A DNA stretch of 64,000 bases from Cyanobacteriota bacterium (GTDB lineage: Bacteria > Cyanobacteriota > Cyanobacteriia > Cyanobacteriales > Nostocaceae): assembly GCA_046045965.1 (NCBI GenBank), contig JBJOKS010000016.1, positions 32,001 to 96,000 on the forward strand, written 5' to 3'. The notes under the pieces were generated by a model, which saw nothing but the letters and a program-made list of their open reading frames with translations, ran no database searches and was not told the origin of the DNA. This document shows, one piece after another, positions 41,006-51,512 of the stretch; the stretch's first letter is position 1; each line of letters opens with the position of its first letter. Both the position numbers and the translations under genes were made by a program.

Positions 41006-41788
41006 ATGGTAACTATTGATACAATGAATCCATTAAAAATCCTAGTAGTTAGATTATTAACTGCTATTTTCATCATCTCCAGCGTACCAACCCAGAGCAA
41101 AGCACAATTAACACACGGATACAAAGTGAGTATTAATTTTCCCGATACACCTAACCGGGGAGCGCCAGCACGCAGCGAAGGTGGAGGAAGAAGAGGGGTT
41201 TGTGATGCACATATAGTCAAAACAGAATCCCCAGGGAAGAAAAAAAATGATTTAATTGCCGTGACACCGAAAAATAATGTCATCACCACAATAGCATCCA
41301 ATCCCACAGTTTACGTTTATATTGATCCGAATCCTGGTAAAAAAGCTGAATTTATTCTAGTTGATGGAGAAACAGACATTTATACAACTCACTTTTCTCT
41401 TCCCGATCAAGCTGGAATAATCAAAATTGGTTTACCAAAATCTGTAAAATTGCAAGCAAATAAAACTTATACTTGGCAACTTCGAGTTATTTGTGAAGAT
41501 AAAGCCGGAAATAAAGATAAATTTGTAGAAGGATTAATTGAACCCACATCTCTTACTTCAAAACAACTAACAAAAATACAACAGCTAAAACAACCTGTAG
41601 AACAGGCAAAATTGTATGCTGAGTATGGTATTTGGGCAGAACTTGTGGATGTTTTAACATCAAATAATAACCCAGAATTGAAGAAGATATGGGTGAAAAT
41701 TTTAGAATCTGTCGAATTAAAAGAAGTTGCCAATGTCCCAATCATTGATGTTAAGAAACTAGTGTCTTCTGTCAATAAACCTGGTTAA
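41006..41788 (+). CDS. DUF928 domain secreted protein
   Basis: Signal-like N-terminus; GAPARSEGGGRRG.C, NPTVYVY, YTWQL..IC, LYAEYGIW motifs; start uncertain (40970, 41006 or slightly later). Confidence 0.8.
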   Translation: MVTIDTMNPLKILVVRLLTAIFIISSVPTQSKAQLTHGYKVSINFPDTPNRGAPARSEGGGRRGVCDAHIVKTESPGKKKNDLIAVTPKNNVITTIASNPTVYVYIDPNPGKKAEFILVDGETDIYTTHFSLPDQAGIIKIGLPKSVKLQANKTYTWQLRVICEDKAGNKDKFVEGLIEPTSLTSKQLTKIQQLKQPVEQAKLYAEYGIWAELVDVLTSNNNPELKKIWVKILESVELKEVANVPIIDVKKLVSSVNKPG

Positions 41789-41944
41789 ATTTTCCTCAAA
41801 TAAATATCCATTAAGAATGGGTAATTTGAGGAGATAAATTACCTCATTAGTAAAGCTGTCGAATGTATATAGCCTATAAATTTAGTATTTTTCAAGTATT
41901 GAATCAATAAATCAATCTGTTCATTAAAACCAAGGATTGAACAA

Positions 41945-44900
41945 ATGAAATTTCAAAAAAAGGAATTTTATTATCATTTATTCTTAACAATAATATTATT
42001 TATTGGTGGATTAATCAATAACAAAAGCGCATCTGCTCAACTCACACCAGATAATACATTAGGTGCAAAAAACTCAATTGTGAAACCAGTTGATAGTTTA
42101 AAAGACAGAATAGAAGGTGGTGTAACTAGAGGAGTAAATTTATTTCATAGTTTTCAAGAATTTAATGTTGATGCAGGTAAAAGCGTCTATTTTGCCAACC
42201 CTTTAAGAATTGAGAATATATTAACTCGTGTTACTGGTAGTAACGTTTCTAATATTTTTGGAACATTAGGAGTAGAAGGAGCAGCGAATTTATTTTTAAT
42301 CAATCCTAATGGGATATTTTTTGGGAATGGTGCAAGTTTAAATATTAGTGGTTCATTCACTGCTACTACTGCTGATGGCATTAGATTAGGTGAAACTGGG
42401 TTATTTAGTGCAACTCATCCTCAAACTAGCAATTTACTGACTGTACAACCAGGGGCATTATTTAGAAATGCTTTGAGAAATCAAACTTCAGAAATTAGAA
42501 ATGAAAGTAATTTAACAGTTGGACAAAATCTGACATTTGATGCTGACAATATCAACTTATCCGGTAGGTTACAAGCGGGAGGAGATTTAAACCTAAAAGC
42601 TAATCAGACAATTTCCATTAATAGAGGTAATATCAACACTGATAATAATGGAACAGGTCAGGGAAGAGATATCAACATAACTACTGGATCTTTGTATCTC
42701 ACCAATAGTTCTGTTTTATCTGCTAATACCTTAGATCAAGGTGATGGAGGAACTGTCAAGATTACTGCTACTGATACTGTCAGGTTTGATGGTGGAAGTA
42801 ATGCTACTAGTCAAGTAGGATTCGTATCATCCGGGAAAGGAGGAAGTGTAGATATTTCCTCTGGATCATTAGAACTGCTGGGTGGTTCTTTTCTCTCTGT
42901 GAGTACCTTTGGTCAAGGGGATGCAGGTAGCGTGAATATTACCACTCAATCCCTAAAACTGGATGGTTCTTCGCTGACTGCTAGTACCACTGGTCAAGGG
43001 GATGGAGGAATTGTCAAGATTACCGCTACTGATACCATTAAGTTCAATGCTGGAAGCAGTATTCAAGTAGAAACAGGAGCAGCAGGACAAGCAGGGAGTG
43101 TAGAGATTTCCACTGGGTCTTTAGAATTGCTGGGTGGTTCTAGACTGACTGCTAATACCTTAGCTCAAGGAGATGCAGGAATTGTCAAAATTACTGCCAC
43201 TGATAATATTAAGTTGGATGGTAGCAGTAGTGTTGAAAGTGCAGTAGCATCAGGAGCAAGAGTGACAGCAGGAGATGTGGATATTTCTACCAGGTCATTA
43301 GTGGAGATTTCCACTAAGTCCTTGGAATTGCTAGGTGGTTCTAGACTGGAAGCTAGTACCTTTGCAAGAGGAAATGCAGGAACTATTAGAATTACTGCTA
43401 CTGATACTGTCAAATTTGATGCTGGAAGTTTTGCTCAAAGCGCCGTGGGAGAAGGAGGAGTAGGAAATGCAGGGGGTGTGGAGATTTCCGCCAGGTCCTT
43501 GGAAGTGCTAGGTGGTTCTTTTCTTGAAGCTAGTACCCTTGCTCAAGGGAATGCAGGAACTGTCAGAATTACTGATGCTGATACTGTGAAGTTTGATAGT
43601 GGAAGTTTTGCTCAAAGTGCAGTAAGAGCAGGAGCAGTGGGAAATGCAGGGGGTGTGGAGATTTCCACTAAGTCCTTGGAAGTGCTAGGTGGTTCTAGAC
43701 TGGAAGCTAGTACCTTTGCAAGAGGAAATGCAGGAACTATTAGAATTACTGATGCTGATACTGTGAAGTTTGATAGTGGAAGTTTTGCTCAAAGCGCCGT
43801 AGGAGAAGGAGCAGTAGGAAATGCAGGGGGTGTGGAGATTTCCACTAAGTCCTTGGAAGTGCTAGGTGGTTCTAGACTGGAAGCTAGTACCTTTGCAAGA
43901 GGAAATGCAGGAACTATTAGAATTACCGATGCTGATACTGTCAAATTTGATGATGGAAGTTTTGCTCAAAGCGCCGTGGGATCAGGAGCAGTAGGAAATG
44001 CAGGGGGTGTGGAGATTTCCACTAAGTCCTTGGAAGTGCTGGGTGGTTCTACACTTGAAGTCAGTACCCTTGCTCAAGGAAATGCAGGAACTGTCAGAAT
44101 TACTGCTGCTGATAGTGTCAAATTTGATGGTCGAAGCTCTGCTCAAAGTGCAGTCCTATCAGGAGGAGTAGGAAATGCAGGGGGTGTGGAGGTTTCCACT
44201 AGGTCATTGGAAGTGCTGGGTGGTTCTTCTCTTTCTGCTATTACCTCTGGCCAAGAGGATGCAGGTACTATCAATATCACCGCTAATACATTTACTGCTA
44301 CCACAGGGGGAGAAGTTGTCAGTACCACATTTAGTAGCGCCCAAGCAGGAAATATTAACCTGAATATCCGCGATCGCATCAATCTAGACGGTGCAAGGAT
44401 AGCAGTAAATAGTCAAGGAGGTGGTCAAGGTGGAGATATTTCCATAACAGCAGGTTTACTCAGTTTAGATAATCAAGCCTTGATCACTGCTGCAACAGAT
44501 AATAGTCAAGGTGGAAATATTAACCTACTAGCAATTTCCGATTTATTATTGTTGCGAAATAACAGCGAAATTACTGCCACCGCAGGAACAGCCCAAGCTG
44601 CTGGAGATGGCGGAAACATCACTATTAATACTCCTTTTATTGTTGCCTTTCCTCAAGAAAATAGTGATATTACTGCTAATGCTTTTGAAGGAAATGGTGG
44701 GAGAATTTCAATCAATACTAATTCCATATTTGGGCTAGAATTTCGGAATCAACTAACTCCATTAAGTGATATTACCGTATCTTCTGAATTTGGTTTAGCA
44801 GGAGATGTGGAAATCAATACTCCAGAAGTAGATCCTACCTCTGGTTTAATTAATTTACCTACATCCTTAGTAGATATAGAAAGTTTAAATAAAGATGTTT

Positions 44901-45211
44901 GTGCTGTCAAAGATGATAAAATTGCTGGAGGTAGTTCTTTCATCATTACTGGTAAAGGTGGTTTACCTGCGGATACAAATGAATTAATTAGTAATTCTCC
45001 CGCTTATGTGGAATGGGAAAATAATTCAGAAGTCGTTACAGAATCGCAACCATCACCAGTCAAAGTTACTCAAAGAAATAAAAATGATGTTCCAGAAATA
45101 CAAGAAGCACAAGGTTGGATTATTACCCCAGATGGTAAAGTAATTCTCATTGCTGATGCTGCAAAAGTCACTCTACAAAGTCATCAAGATAATTTACCAC
45201 GTTGTAAATAA
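41945..45211 (+). CDS. Filamentous haemagglutinin-family (TpsA-like) beta-helical exoprotein
   Basis: Signal peptide ending ASA-Q; NLFHSFQEFNV and NLFLINPNGI secretion domain; GNAG repeats; C-terminal SSFIITGKGGLP..EAQGW. Confidence 0.9.
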   Translation: MKFQKKEFYYHLFLTIILFIGGLINNKSASAQLTPDNTLGAKNSIVKPVDSLKDRIEGGVTRGVNLFHSFQEFNVDAGKSVYFANPLRIENILTRVTGSNVSNIFGTLGVEGAANLFLINPNGIFFGNGASLNISGSFTATTADGIRLGETGLFSATHPQTSNLLTVQPGALFRNALRNQTSEIRNESNLTVGQNLTFDADNINLSGRLQAGGDLNLKANQTISINRGNINTDNNGTGQGRDINITTGSLYLTNSSVLSANTLDQGDGGTVKITATDTVRFDGGSNATSQVGFVSSGKGGSVDISSGSLELLGGSFLSVSTFGQGDAGSVNITTQSLKLDGSSLTASTTGQGDGGIVKITATDTIKFNAGSSIQVETGAAGQAGSVEISTGSLELLGGSRLTANTLAQGDAGIVKITATDNIKLDGSSSVESAVASGARVTAGDVDISTRSLVEISTKSLELLGGSRLEASTFARGNAGTIRITATDTVKFDAGSFAQSAVGEGGVGNAGGVEISARSLEVLGGSFLEASTLAQGNAGTVRITDADTVKFDSGSFAQSAVRAGAVGNAGGVEISTKSLEVLGGSRLEASTFARGNAGTIRITDADTVKFDSGSFAQSAVGEGAVGNAGGVEISTKSLEVLGGSRLEASTFARGNAGTIRITDADTVKFDDGSFAQSAVGSGAVGNAGGVEISTKSLEVLGGSTLEVSTLAQGNAGTVRITAADSVKFDGRSSAQSAVLSGGVGNAGGVEVSTRSLEVLGGSSLSAITSGQEDAGTINITANTFTATTGGEVVSTTFSSAQAGNINLNIRDRINLDGARIAVNSQGGGQGGDISITAGLLSLDNQALITAATDNSQGGNINLLAISDLLLLRNNSEITATAGTAQAAGDGGNITINTPFIVAFPQENSDITANAFEGNGGRISINTNSIFGLEFRNQLTPLSDITVSSEFGLAGDVEINTPEVDPTSGLINLPTSLVDIESLNKDVCAVKDDKIAGGSSFIITGKGGLPADTNELISNSPAYVEWENNSEVVTESQPSPVKVTQRNKNDVPEIQEAQGWIITPDGKVILIADAAKVTLQSHQDNLPRCK
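43301..44280 (+). repeat. 177-bp (59-aa) near-identical tandem repeats inside the TpsA gene
   Basis: Units start GTGGAG(A/G)TTTCC at 43301, 43478, 43655, 43832, 44009 and 44186 (last one partial). Confidence 0.9.
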
Positions 45212-45250
45212 TTACGTTTTTATAATCTCCCGCAAAGGAAGAAAGATATT

Positions 45251-47797
45251 ATGAAGTTAAATCGGAAGGTTTTGATTTTAAGTTTATTATCATTCATCTG
45301 TGTTTTTATTTCCTCTCCAGTTCTGGCTAATATTAATCATATTCAGATAGGTGTTGAAAATACTATATCTCTAGAAAATCAAGCTCAAAAATTATATCAA
45401 AATGGAGAATTTCAACCAGCTATTGCTAAATTAAAAGAAGCTATTAATAATTATCAGAAAAAAGATAATTTTGTAGGACAAGTAATAGCTTGGAGAAATT
45501 TAGGTTTAGTATATCAAAAAATGGGAGATGCTAAAGAAGCTCAACAAGCTGTAGAAGAAAGTAAAAAATATTTGACAAAAATATCAGATAGTAGAAAACG
45601 TCAAGAATTATTTGCCAAAACCCGCGAAGTGCAAGGACAAATTCAATTATCTCTTGGTGATGCTCAAGCTTCTTTAAAAACATGGAAAGAGGTAATTGAT
45701 ATCTATACCCAATTAGGAGACACTACAGGATTAATTAGAACTAAAATTAATGAAGCGCAATCACTCCAAGGTTTAGGTTTATATAATCAAGCTGTTAAAA
45801 ATCTCACGGCAACTAAAGAAATTTTAGATCAACAACCAGAGACTTTACTCAAAGTTAAAGCACTCCTCAATTTAGGTGATGTTTTACGAGGAATAATGAA
45901 ATTAGAAGAATCAGAAAAAGCATTAAATCAAAGTTTAACTATTGCCAAAAATCTATCATCTGATTCTGCGATTACTGAAGCTTTAATTAGTTTAGGTAAA
46001 ACCTCTAGATTACAATCAAATTCTCAGCAGAATATAGATTATTTTCAACAAGCAATTGAAAAATCCCCATCACCAGATTTATTAATTCAAGCTTATTTGA
46101 ATAAACTTGATGTGTTATTATCTAAACAACCAGTACAAACAGCAGAAGCTCAAGTATTAATTCCCAAAATTCAAGCTACTTTAACTAAATTACCTGCTAG
46201 TCGTAGCGCGGTTTATGCTCGTATTACTTTAGCCAGAACTCTTCTTAAAGATGAAAAAATATCTAGCATTAATCAAAGTCTAATTGTGAATGAATTAGCA
46301 ACCGCATTAAATTTGTCTCAAAAACTAGGAGATAGTCGTGCAGAAAGCTATGCTTTAGGAGTTTTAGGAGGTGTCTATGAGAAAAATCACCGCTATGCAG
46401 AAGCGCAAAAATTAACAGAAAAAGCTGTTTTAATTGCTCAAAGAATTAAATCACCAGATATTAGTTATCAATGGCAATGGCAATTAGGTAGAATATTAGC
46501 AGCACAAGGAAACAAAAAGGATGCTATATCTGTCTATCAACAAACGGTTGAAACTTTAAAAAATATTAGAACTGATTTAGTTGCTATTAGTTCAGATTTA
46601 CAATTTTCTTTTCGAGAAGATGTTGAACCAGTTTATCGAGAATTAGCAGGATTATTATTAAAGGAAAAACCAAGTCAACAACAATTAAAAGATGCTAGAA
46701 CAGTTATTGAAGATTTACAACTAGCAGAGTTAGATAATTTCTTTAGAAATGCTTGTTTAAATGCTAAACCTGTACAAATAGATCAACTCAATGATCCGAC
46801 TACGGCTATTTTCTATAGTCTGATTTTAAAGGATAGCTTAGAAGTAATTGTAGCTTTACCTAACCAACCTCTACAACATTATTCACAACCTATATCTGAA
46901 GGAGAAATAAATAAAAAAATTAAAGATTTACAAGAACTATTATATCTTCCTACAACTGCTCGTACACAAACAAGATTGAGGTTATCTCAAGAATTTTACA
47001 ACCTGTTCATTCAGCCGATCGAAAAAGAACTACCAACTCAGAGTATCAAAAATCTAGTTTTTATTTCGGATGGAGCTTTAAAAAATATTCCCTTAGCTAC
47101 TATTTATGATGGTAAAGAATATTTAATTGAAAAATATAGTGTTGCTATTGCTCCTAGTTTACAACTTGTAGATATTAAACCTTTAGCAAGAGAGCAGGTA
47201 CAATTATTAGCAGGAGGATTAAGTGAAGCTCGTCAAAATTTTGACCCATTACCTAATGTAGTATCAGAATTAGAACAAATTAAAGCTCGATTTCCTAATG
47301 GAATTTTTCTGAAAAACGAATCATTTGCTACTAAAAATGTAGAAAATAATATTCAACAATATCCTGCTCAAATTGTTCATTTAGCTACTCATGGTAAATT
47401 TAGTTCTAAGGCTGAAGATACATTTATTTTAACTTGGGATAATCAATTAAATATTGACCAATTAAATAATCTTCTGCGTTCTGATAAAAAACAAATTCGT
47501 CCCATTGAATTATTAGTTTTGAGTGCTTGTCAAACTGCTAGTGGAGATGATAGAGCAACTTTAGGTTTAGCAGGAATAGCAGTAAAAGCAGGAGCGCGGA
47601 GTACCATTGCTAGTCTTTGGTTGGTTGATGATGAAGCAACTTCTGTACTCATGACGAAATTATATCAGGAATTAGCTAATAGTAAAATTACCAAAGCAGA
47701 AGCATTGCGTCGCGCTCAATTAGAAGTTTTAAAACAGAAAAACTTTGAGCATCCTTATTTTTGGTCGGCTTTTGTATTAATAGGTAATTGGTTGTAA
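45251..47797 (+). CDS. Secreted TPR + CHAT domain protease
   Basis: Signal peptide (..SPVLA), TPR-like helices, HLATHG (His), LSACQTA (Cys), ASLW.V.D, HPYFWSAFVLIGNWL. Confidence 0.9.
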   Translation: MKLNRKVLILSLLSFICVFISSPVLANINHIQIGVENTISLENQAQKLYQNGEFQPAIAKLKEAINNYQKKDNFVGQVIAWRNLGLVYQKMGDAKEAQQAVEESKKYLTKISDSRKRQELFAKTREVQGQIQLSLGDAQASLKTWKEVIDIYTQLGDTTGLIRTKINEAQSLQGLGLYNQAVKNLTATKEILDQQPETLLKVKALLNLGDVLRGIMKLEESEKALNQSLTIAKNLSSDSAITEALISLGKTSRLQSNSQQNIDYFQQAIEKSPSPDLLIQAYLNKLDVLLSKQPVQTAEAQVLIPKIQATLTKLPASRSAVYARITLARTLLKDEKISSINQSLIVNELATALNLSQKLGDSRAESYALGVLGGVYEKNHRYAEAQKLTEKAVLIAQRIKSPDISYQWQWQLGRILAAQGNKKDAISVYQQTVETLKNIRTDLVAISSDLQFSFREDVEPVYRELAGLLLKEKPSQQQLKDARTVIEDLQLAELDNFFRNACLNAKPVQIDQLNDPTTAIFYSLILKDSLEVIVALPNQPLQHYSQPISEGEINKKIKDLQELLYLPTTARTQTRLRLSQEFYNLFIQPIEKELPTQSIKNLVFISDGALKNIPLATIYDGKEYLIEKYSVAIAPSLQLVDIKPLAREQVQLLAGGLSEARQNFDPLPNVVSELEQIKARFPNGIFLKNESFATKNVENNIQQYPAQIVHLATHGKFSSKAEDTFILTWDNQLNIDQLNNLLRSDKKQIRPIELLVLSACQTASGDDRATLGLAGIAVKAGARSTIASLWLVDDEATSVLMTKLYQELANSKITKAEALRRAQLEVLKQKNFEHPYFWSAFVLIGNWL

Positions 47798-47852
47798 AAT
47801 AGAAGATGTAGGGGTTTAGCAATGCTAAACCCTGAATAATGAATACTAGAAA

Positions 47853-48785
47853 TTACACTGCTTTCAAAATTTCATCATCTACAGAAAAATCAATTTCTGC
47901 TTTATCTGCACCACTGGCTAAATAATCATTTTGCCAAGAATCTTTCAACCCAGAGATTAAATCATATTTAGGTTGCCAATTTAATTCTGTCATCGCTTTA
48001 TTTACCGATGCAAAAAAGTGTTGTACTCGCATTGGGAAAGCTTTACGTTTGCCAAAATCAAACTTTTTCGGATCGTAATGTACTATTTTCAGATCATCGA
48101 CAGATTTACCAGCAGCAACAGCACAAGCACGGGCTAAACCATCAAAAGTGACAAAGCGATCGCCTGATATATTATAAATCTGTCCAATCGCCTTTTCATT
48201 ATCAATTACTTGTGTCATCGCCTGTGCTAAATCTTTCACATGGCCTAATTGAGTAAAGTGCATTCCATTACCAGGAATGGGAATTGGGCGATCGCGGACA
48301 ATTCTATCAAAAAACCAGCTCTCCAAAGGATTATAATTCTGTGGTCCGTAAATATAAGTTGGACGAATCGAAGTAAAAGCAATTCCCAACTGTTGTAAGT
48401 AAGCTTCCGTTTCATGCTTACCCTTGTGACGACTCTTCGGATCAACAGTATCACCTTCAATATGAGGCATTTGATCCGATTTCAGATACACCCCCGCAGA
48501 ACTCATGTAAACAAAGTGTTTAACCCGTCCTTGGAAAATTTCCGCCAACGGTTGAGTATCAGCCAGTTCCCGCCCGTTATTGTCAAAAATCACATCAAAG
48601 GTTTCTGGTGATAACTTGGCTTTTAACTGGCTAGAGTCAGTGCGATCGCCTATAATCTGTCCTACACCATCAGGCGCTAGATGATTACCACGATTAAACA
48701 ACACCACCTCATGTCCAGCTTCCACCAATAGCTGAGTCAAGTAGACACCAATGAACCGAGTCCCACCAATAACCAGAATACGCAT
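47853..48785 (-). CDS. NAD-dependent epimerase/dehydratase family protein (CSP41-like)
   Basis: MRILVIGGTRFIG, DNNGRE, SSAGVY, KAFPMRVQHFFAS; start at ATG 48785 because the upstream extension is STRR. Confidence 0.85.
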   Translation of the reverse strand: MRILVIGGTRFIGVYLTQLLVEAGHEVVLFNRGNHLAPDGVGQIIGDRTDSSQLKAKLSPETFDVIFDNNGRELADTQPLAEIFQGRVKHFVYMSSAGVYLKSDQMPHIEGDTVDPKSRHKGKHETEAYLQQLGIAFTSIRPTYIYGPQNYNPLESWFFDRIVRDRPIPIPGNGMHFTQLGHVKDLAQAMTQVIDNEKAIGQIYNISGDRFVTFDGLARACAVAAGKSVDDLKIVHYDPKKFDFGKRKAFPMRVQHFFASVNKAMTELNWQPKYDLISGLKDSWQNDYLASGADKAEIDFSVDDEILKAV

Positions 48786-48844
48786 AAAATCCCAATTCCT
48801 CATGAACACAGGTGAAAAAACACCCCTATTGTTGAGGTTATCAG

Positions 48845-49025
48845 AGGTAATAGGTAATTGGTAATGGGTGATTCGTGATTGGGGAATCAGGAAACAGGGA
48901 ACAGGGAAGAAGTAAACTATTTTCTCCCCATCTCCCCATCTCCCCATCTCCCCATCTCCCCAGTCCCCAGTAAAGAGTCCCCAGTAAAGAGTCCCCAGTC
49001 CCCAGTAAAGAGTCCCCAGTCCCCA
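48845..49025. repeat. STRR heptamer arrays (CCCCATC/CCCCAGT/GGGAACA/GGTAATT types)
   Basis: (CTCCCCAT) runs and CCCCAGTAAAGAGT units between divergent genes; similar arrays near 3250, 5690, 9180, 9920, 13780, 30070, 31160, 33680, 51200 and 58400. Confidence 0.8.
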
Positions 49026-49036
49026 ATTTTTAAACA

Positions 49037-50173
49037 ATGTCTTCAAAGTATGCTTTAGTTCATGAGTGGCTGACACCTAAAGCCACAGGAGGTTCAGAAC
49101 TCGTAGTCAAGGAAATATTAAATCACGTTAATGCTGATTTATATGCCCTGATAGATTTTGAATCCAGCAATCCTGAAAGTTATCTCTATCAACGTCAGAT
49201 TGGTAAAACCTTTCTCCAGTACCTGCCATTAGCCCGCAAAGGTGTACAAAAATATCTGCCTTTGTTACCATTGGCCATCGAACAACTAGATTTACGGGAA
49301 TATGACATAATTTTATCTTCATCCCACGCTGTAGCCAAAGGAATCCTGACAACCCCTGATCAGCTACATATCTGTTATTGCCATAGTCCAATGCGTTATG
49401 CTTGGGACTTGACCTTTGATTATCTCAACCAAAGCAAACTAGGAAAGGGTGGAATTGGATGGATAACTAGATATTTGTTGCATAGTTTACGTCAATGGGA
49501 TGTCTTAAGTTCCAACCGCGTTGATTACTTCATTGCCAACTCTCAGCATACAGCCCGACGGATTTGGCGTTGCTATCGACGAGAAGCAAAAGTCATTTAC
49601 CCACCAGTAAACATTGAAAACTGTCCATTTTCCGCTGACAAAGAAGATTTTTATTTGATCGTTTCCCGATTAGTCAGCTACAAACAAGTATCCTTGATTG
49701 TTCAGGCTTTTAATCAGCTAAAACGACCATTGGTGGTGATTGGTACAGGACCCCAAATGAAACATCTGCAAGAGATAGCAAATCCCCATATCCAAATCCT
49801 GGGATGGCAACCAGAGGAAGTAGTAAAAACCTATATGGCTCGTGCTAAAGCCTTTGTCTATGCTGCTTGTGAGGATTTTGGAATCGCCTTAGTAGAAGCA
49901 CAAGCTTCTGGTACTCCAGTCATTGCTTATGGTGCTGGGGGTGCGATAGAAACAGTCCGAGATATTCGCACTTGTATGGACACCGGAACAGGTATATTCT
50001 TTAAAGAACAAACTGTAGCAGCTTTGGTGGAAGCCGTAGAAAAATTTGAAGCCTATCAGGATTTTTTCAAATATGAGTATATAAGATTACACTCGAATCA
50101 GTTTTCTAGACAGGTTTTTGCAGATCGTTATCTAGATTTTTTGAATCAGTGTCAAGAAAAAAACCTTCCCTGA
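49037..50173 (+). CDS. Glycosyltransferase family 4
   Basis: ALVHEWL..GGSE, SSSHAVAKG, HSPMRYAW, EDFGIALVEAQASGTPVI. Confidence 0.9.
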   Translation: MSSKYALVHEWLTPKATGGSELVVKEILNHVNADLYALIDFESSNPESYLYQRQIGKTFLQYLPLARKGVQKYLPLLPLAIEQLDLREYDIILSSSHAVAKGILTTPDQLHICYCHSPMRYAWDLTFDYLNQSKLGKGGIGWITRYLLHSLRQWDVLSSNRVDYFIANSQHTARRIWRCYRREAKVIYPPVNIENCPFSADKEDFYLIVSRLVSYKQVSLIVQAFNQLKRPLVVIGTGPQMKHLQEIANPHIQILGWQPEEVVKTYMARAKAFVYAACEDFGIALVEAQASGTPVIAYGAGGAIETVRDIRTCMDTGTGIFFKEQTVAALVEAVEKFEAYQDFFKYEYIRLHSNQFSRQVFADRYLDFLNQCQEKNLP

Positions 50174-50286
50174 ACTCATAATCAGGATTTTTGCATTTAT
50201 TTTCTAAGCTTTTGGGATTTTCCCCCAGAATTACTGCCTTTTAGCTTTAAGATCGGGACTATGTGTGGTGTGGATTATTAAGGAGT

Positions 50287-51048
50287 ATGATGACTGCCCA
50301 GAGTTCACTCCTCTCCGGCAAACGGTACCCACGTAAAGATGCTAGTGCCTCGACGCATACTTTAGCAAAACGTGGTCAAAAAGCTCAACCCCCCAAGGTA
50401 CAACCTAGAGGTTTTGCTTTTCAGGGTTTAAACGGAGAGTTTGCCAAAAGACTGTTTGATATTGTATTTTCGCTGTCTGTTTTGATCTTGTTTTTTCCGA
50501 TATACATCATCTTGGCCTTACTGATTGCTGTAAGCTCAGAAGGTCCAATTTTTTATATCCAAGAGCGAGTTGGTAAAAACTATCGCCGCTTTAAATGTAT
50601 TAAATTCCGCACTATGGTTACAAATGCGGATGAAATACTCGCGCAAATAATGGAAACATCCCCAGAGTTGCGCCAGGAATTTACCAGCACTTTTAAACTC
50701 AAACAAGACCCCCGGATTACCAAAATTGGTCACTTTTTACGAATTACCAGCTTAGACGAATTTCCCCAGTTTTGGAACGTTTTAAAAGGGGATATGAGTG
50801 TTGTCGGACCACGCCCCTTAGTAGCGGAAGAATTACCAAAATATGGCCGTCACATCAATGAAATTTTAACCATCCGTCCGGGAATTACTGGATTATGGCA
50901 AGTGTCTGGACGTAATGATATTCCTTACCCCCGACGAGTCCAAATAGACCTACACTATGTCAAATTCAGAAATTTGTGGCTAGATTTATGCATCATCTTG
51001 AAAACTATTAATGTGGTCATTATGCCCAACAATAATGGCGCATATTAA
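50287..51048 (+). CDS. Bacterial sugar transferase (priming phosphoglycosyltransferase)
   Basis: KRLFDI, KFRTM, DPRIT, SLDEFPQFWNVLKGDMSVVGPRP, RPGITGLWQVSGR; AGGAG RBS. Confidence 0.9.
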   Translation: MMTAQSSLLSGKRYPRKDASASTHTLAKRGQKAQPPKVQPRGFAFQGLNGEFAKRLFDIVFSLSVLILFFPIYIILALLIAVSSEGPIFYIQERVGKNYRRFKCIKFRTMVTNADEILAQIMETSPELRQEFTSTFKLKQDPRITKIGHFLRITSLDEFPQFWNVLKGDMSVVGPRPLVAEELPKYGRHINEILTIRPGITGLWQVSGRNDIPYPRRVQIDLHYVKFRNLWLDLCIILKTINVVIMPNNNGAY

Positions 51049-51512
51049 CCCAAGTTGCTAGTTATAACCGTGATGGGGAGATGGGGAGCAAATCAAGTCA
51101 AAAGTCAAAAGTCAAAAGCCATGTCCCCGTGAAAGCGGGGATTGCCTTCGTGAAACTTGTCCTCCTGAAAACGGATAACGGGGGTCAAAATCACAGAACT
51201 TCTGCCTTCTGCCTCCTGCCTCCTGCCTCCTGCCTCCTGCTATCAATTTTATTGAATCTTTATAAAGATTAATAATCTATTAAATTATCCTAAATATTGC
51301 CAAATGTCTAAAATTATACCTAAATTTTAGGATCGTAACACAATAAACTGACTTGTTAAAGTGCTTGTTATTAAGTATAGTAGTTGACATTTAAGCTTTG
51401 ATAGCAACTAAGACTTGTATGTTTAACATCAGGCAATGTTTAGCAATGAGTTGCTAATTTATCTGGCATTACCTGTACTTTTTACAACTTCAACAACAAG
51501 GGATAATTAAGT

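Noticed and set aside
43301..44280. Regularly spaced repeats considered as a CRISPR array
   Set aside because: The units are 177-bp in-frame coding repeats without unique spacers, and no cas genes are in the window.
48786..49076. N-terminal extension of the epimerase ORF and the 61-aa ORF 48841..49026
   Set aside because: Translation of STRR heptamers (WGLGTLY, GDGEMGRW); the conserved Rossmann start is at 48785.
51081..51272. 63-aa ORF and GAAA-loop hairpin TCCCCGTGAAAGCGGGGA as a gene or riboswitch
   Set aside because: The ORF is built from STRRs (SQKSKVKS, FCLLPPAS); the hairpin looks like a REP-type repeat with no recognisable aptamer core.
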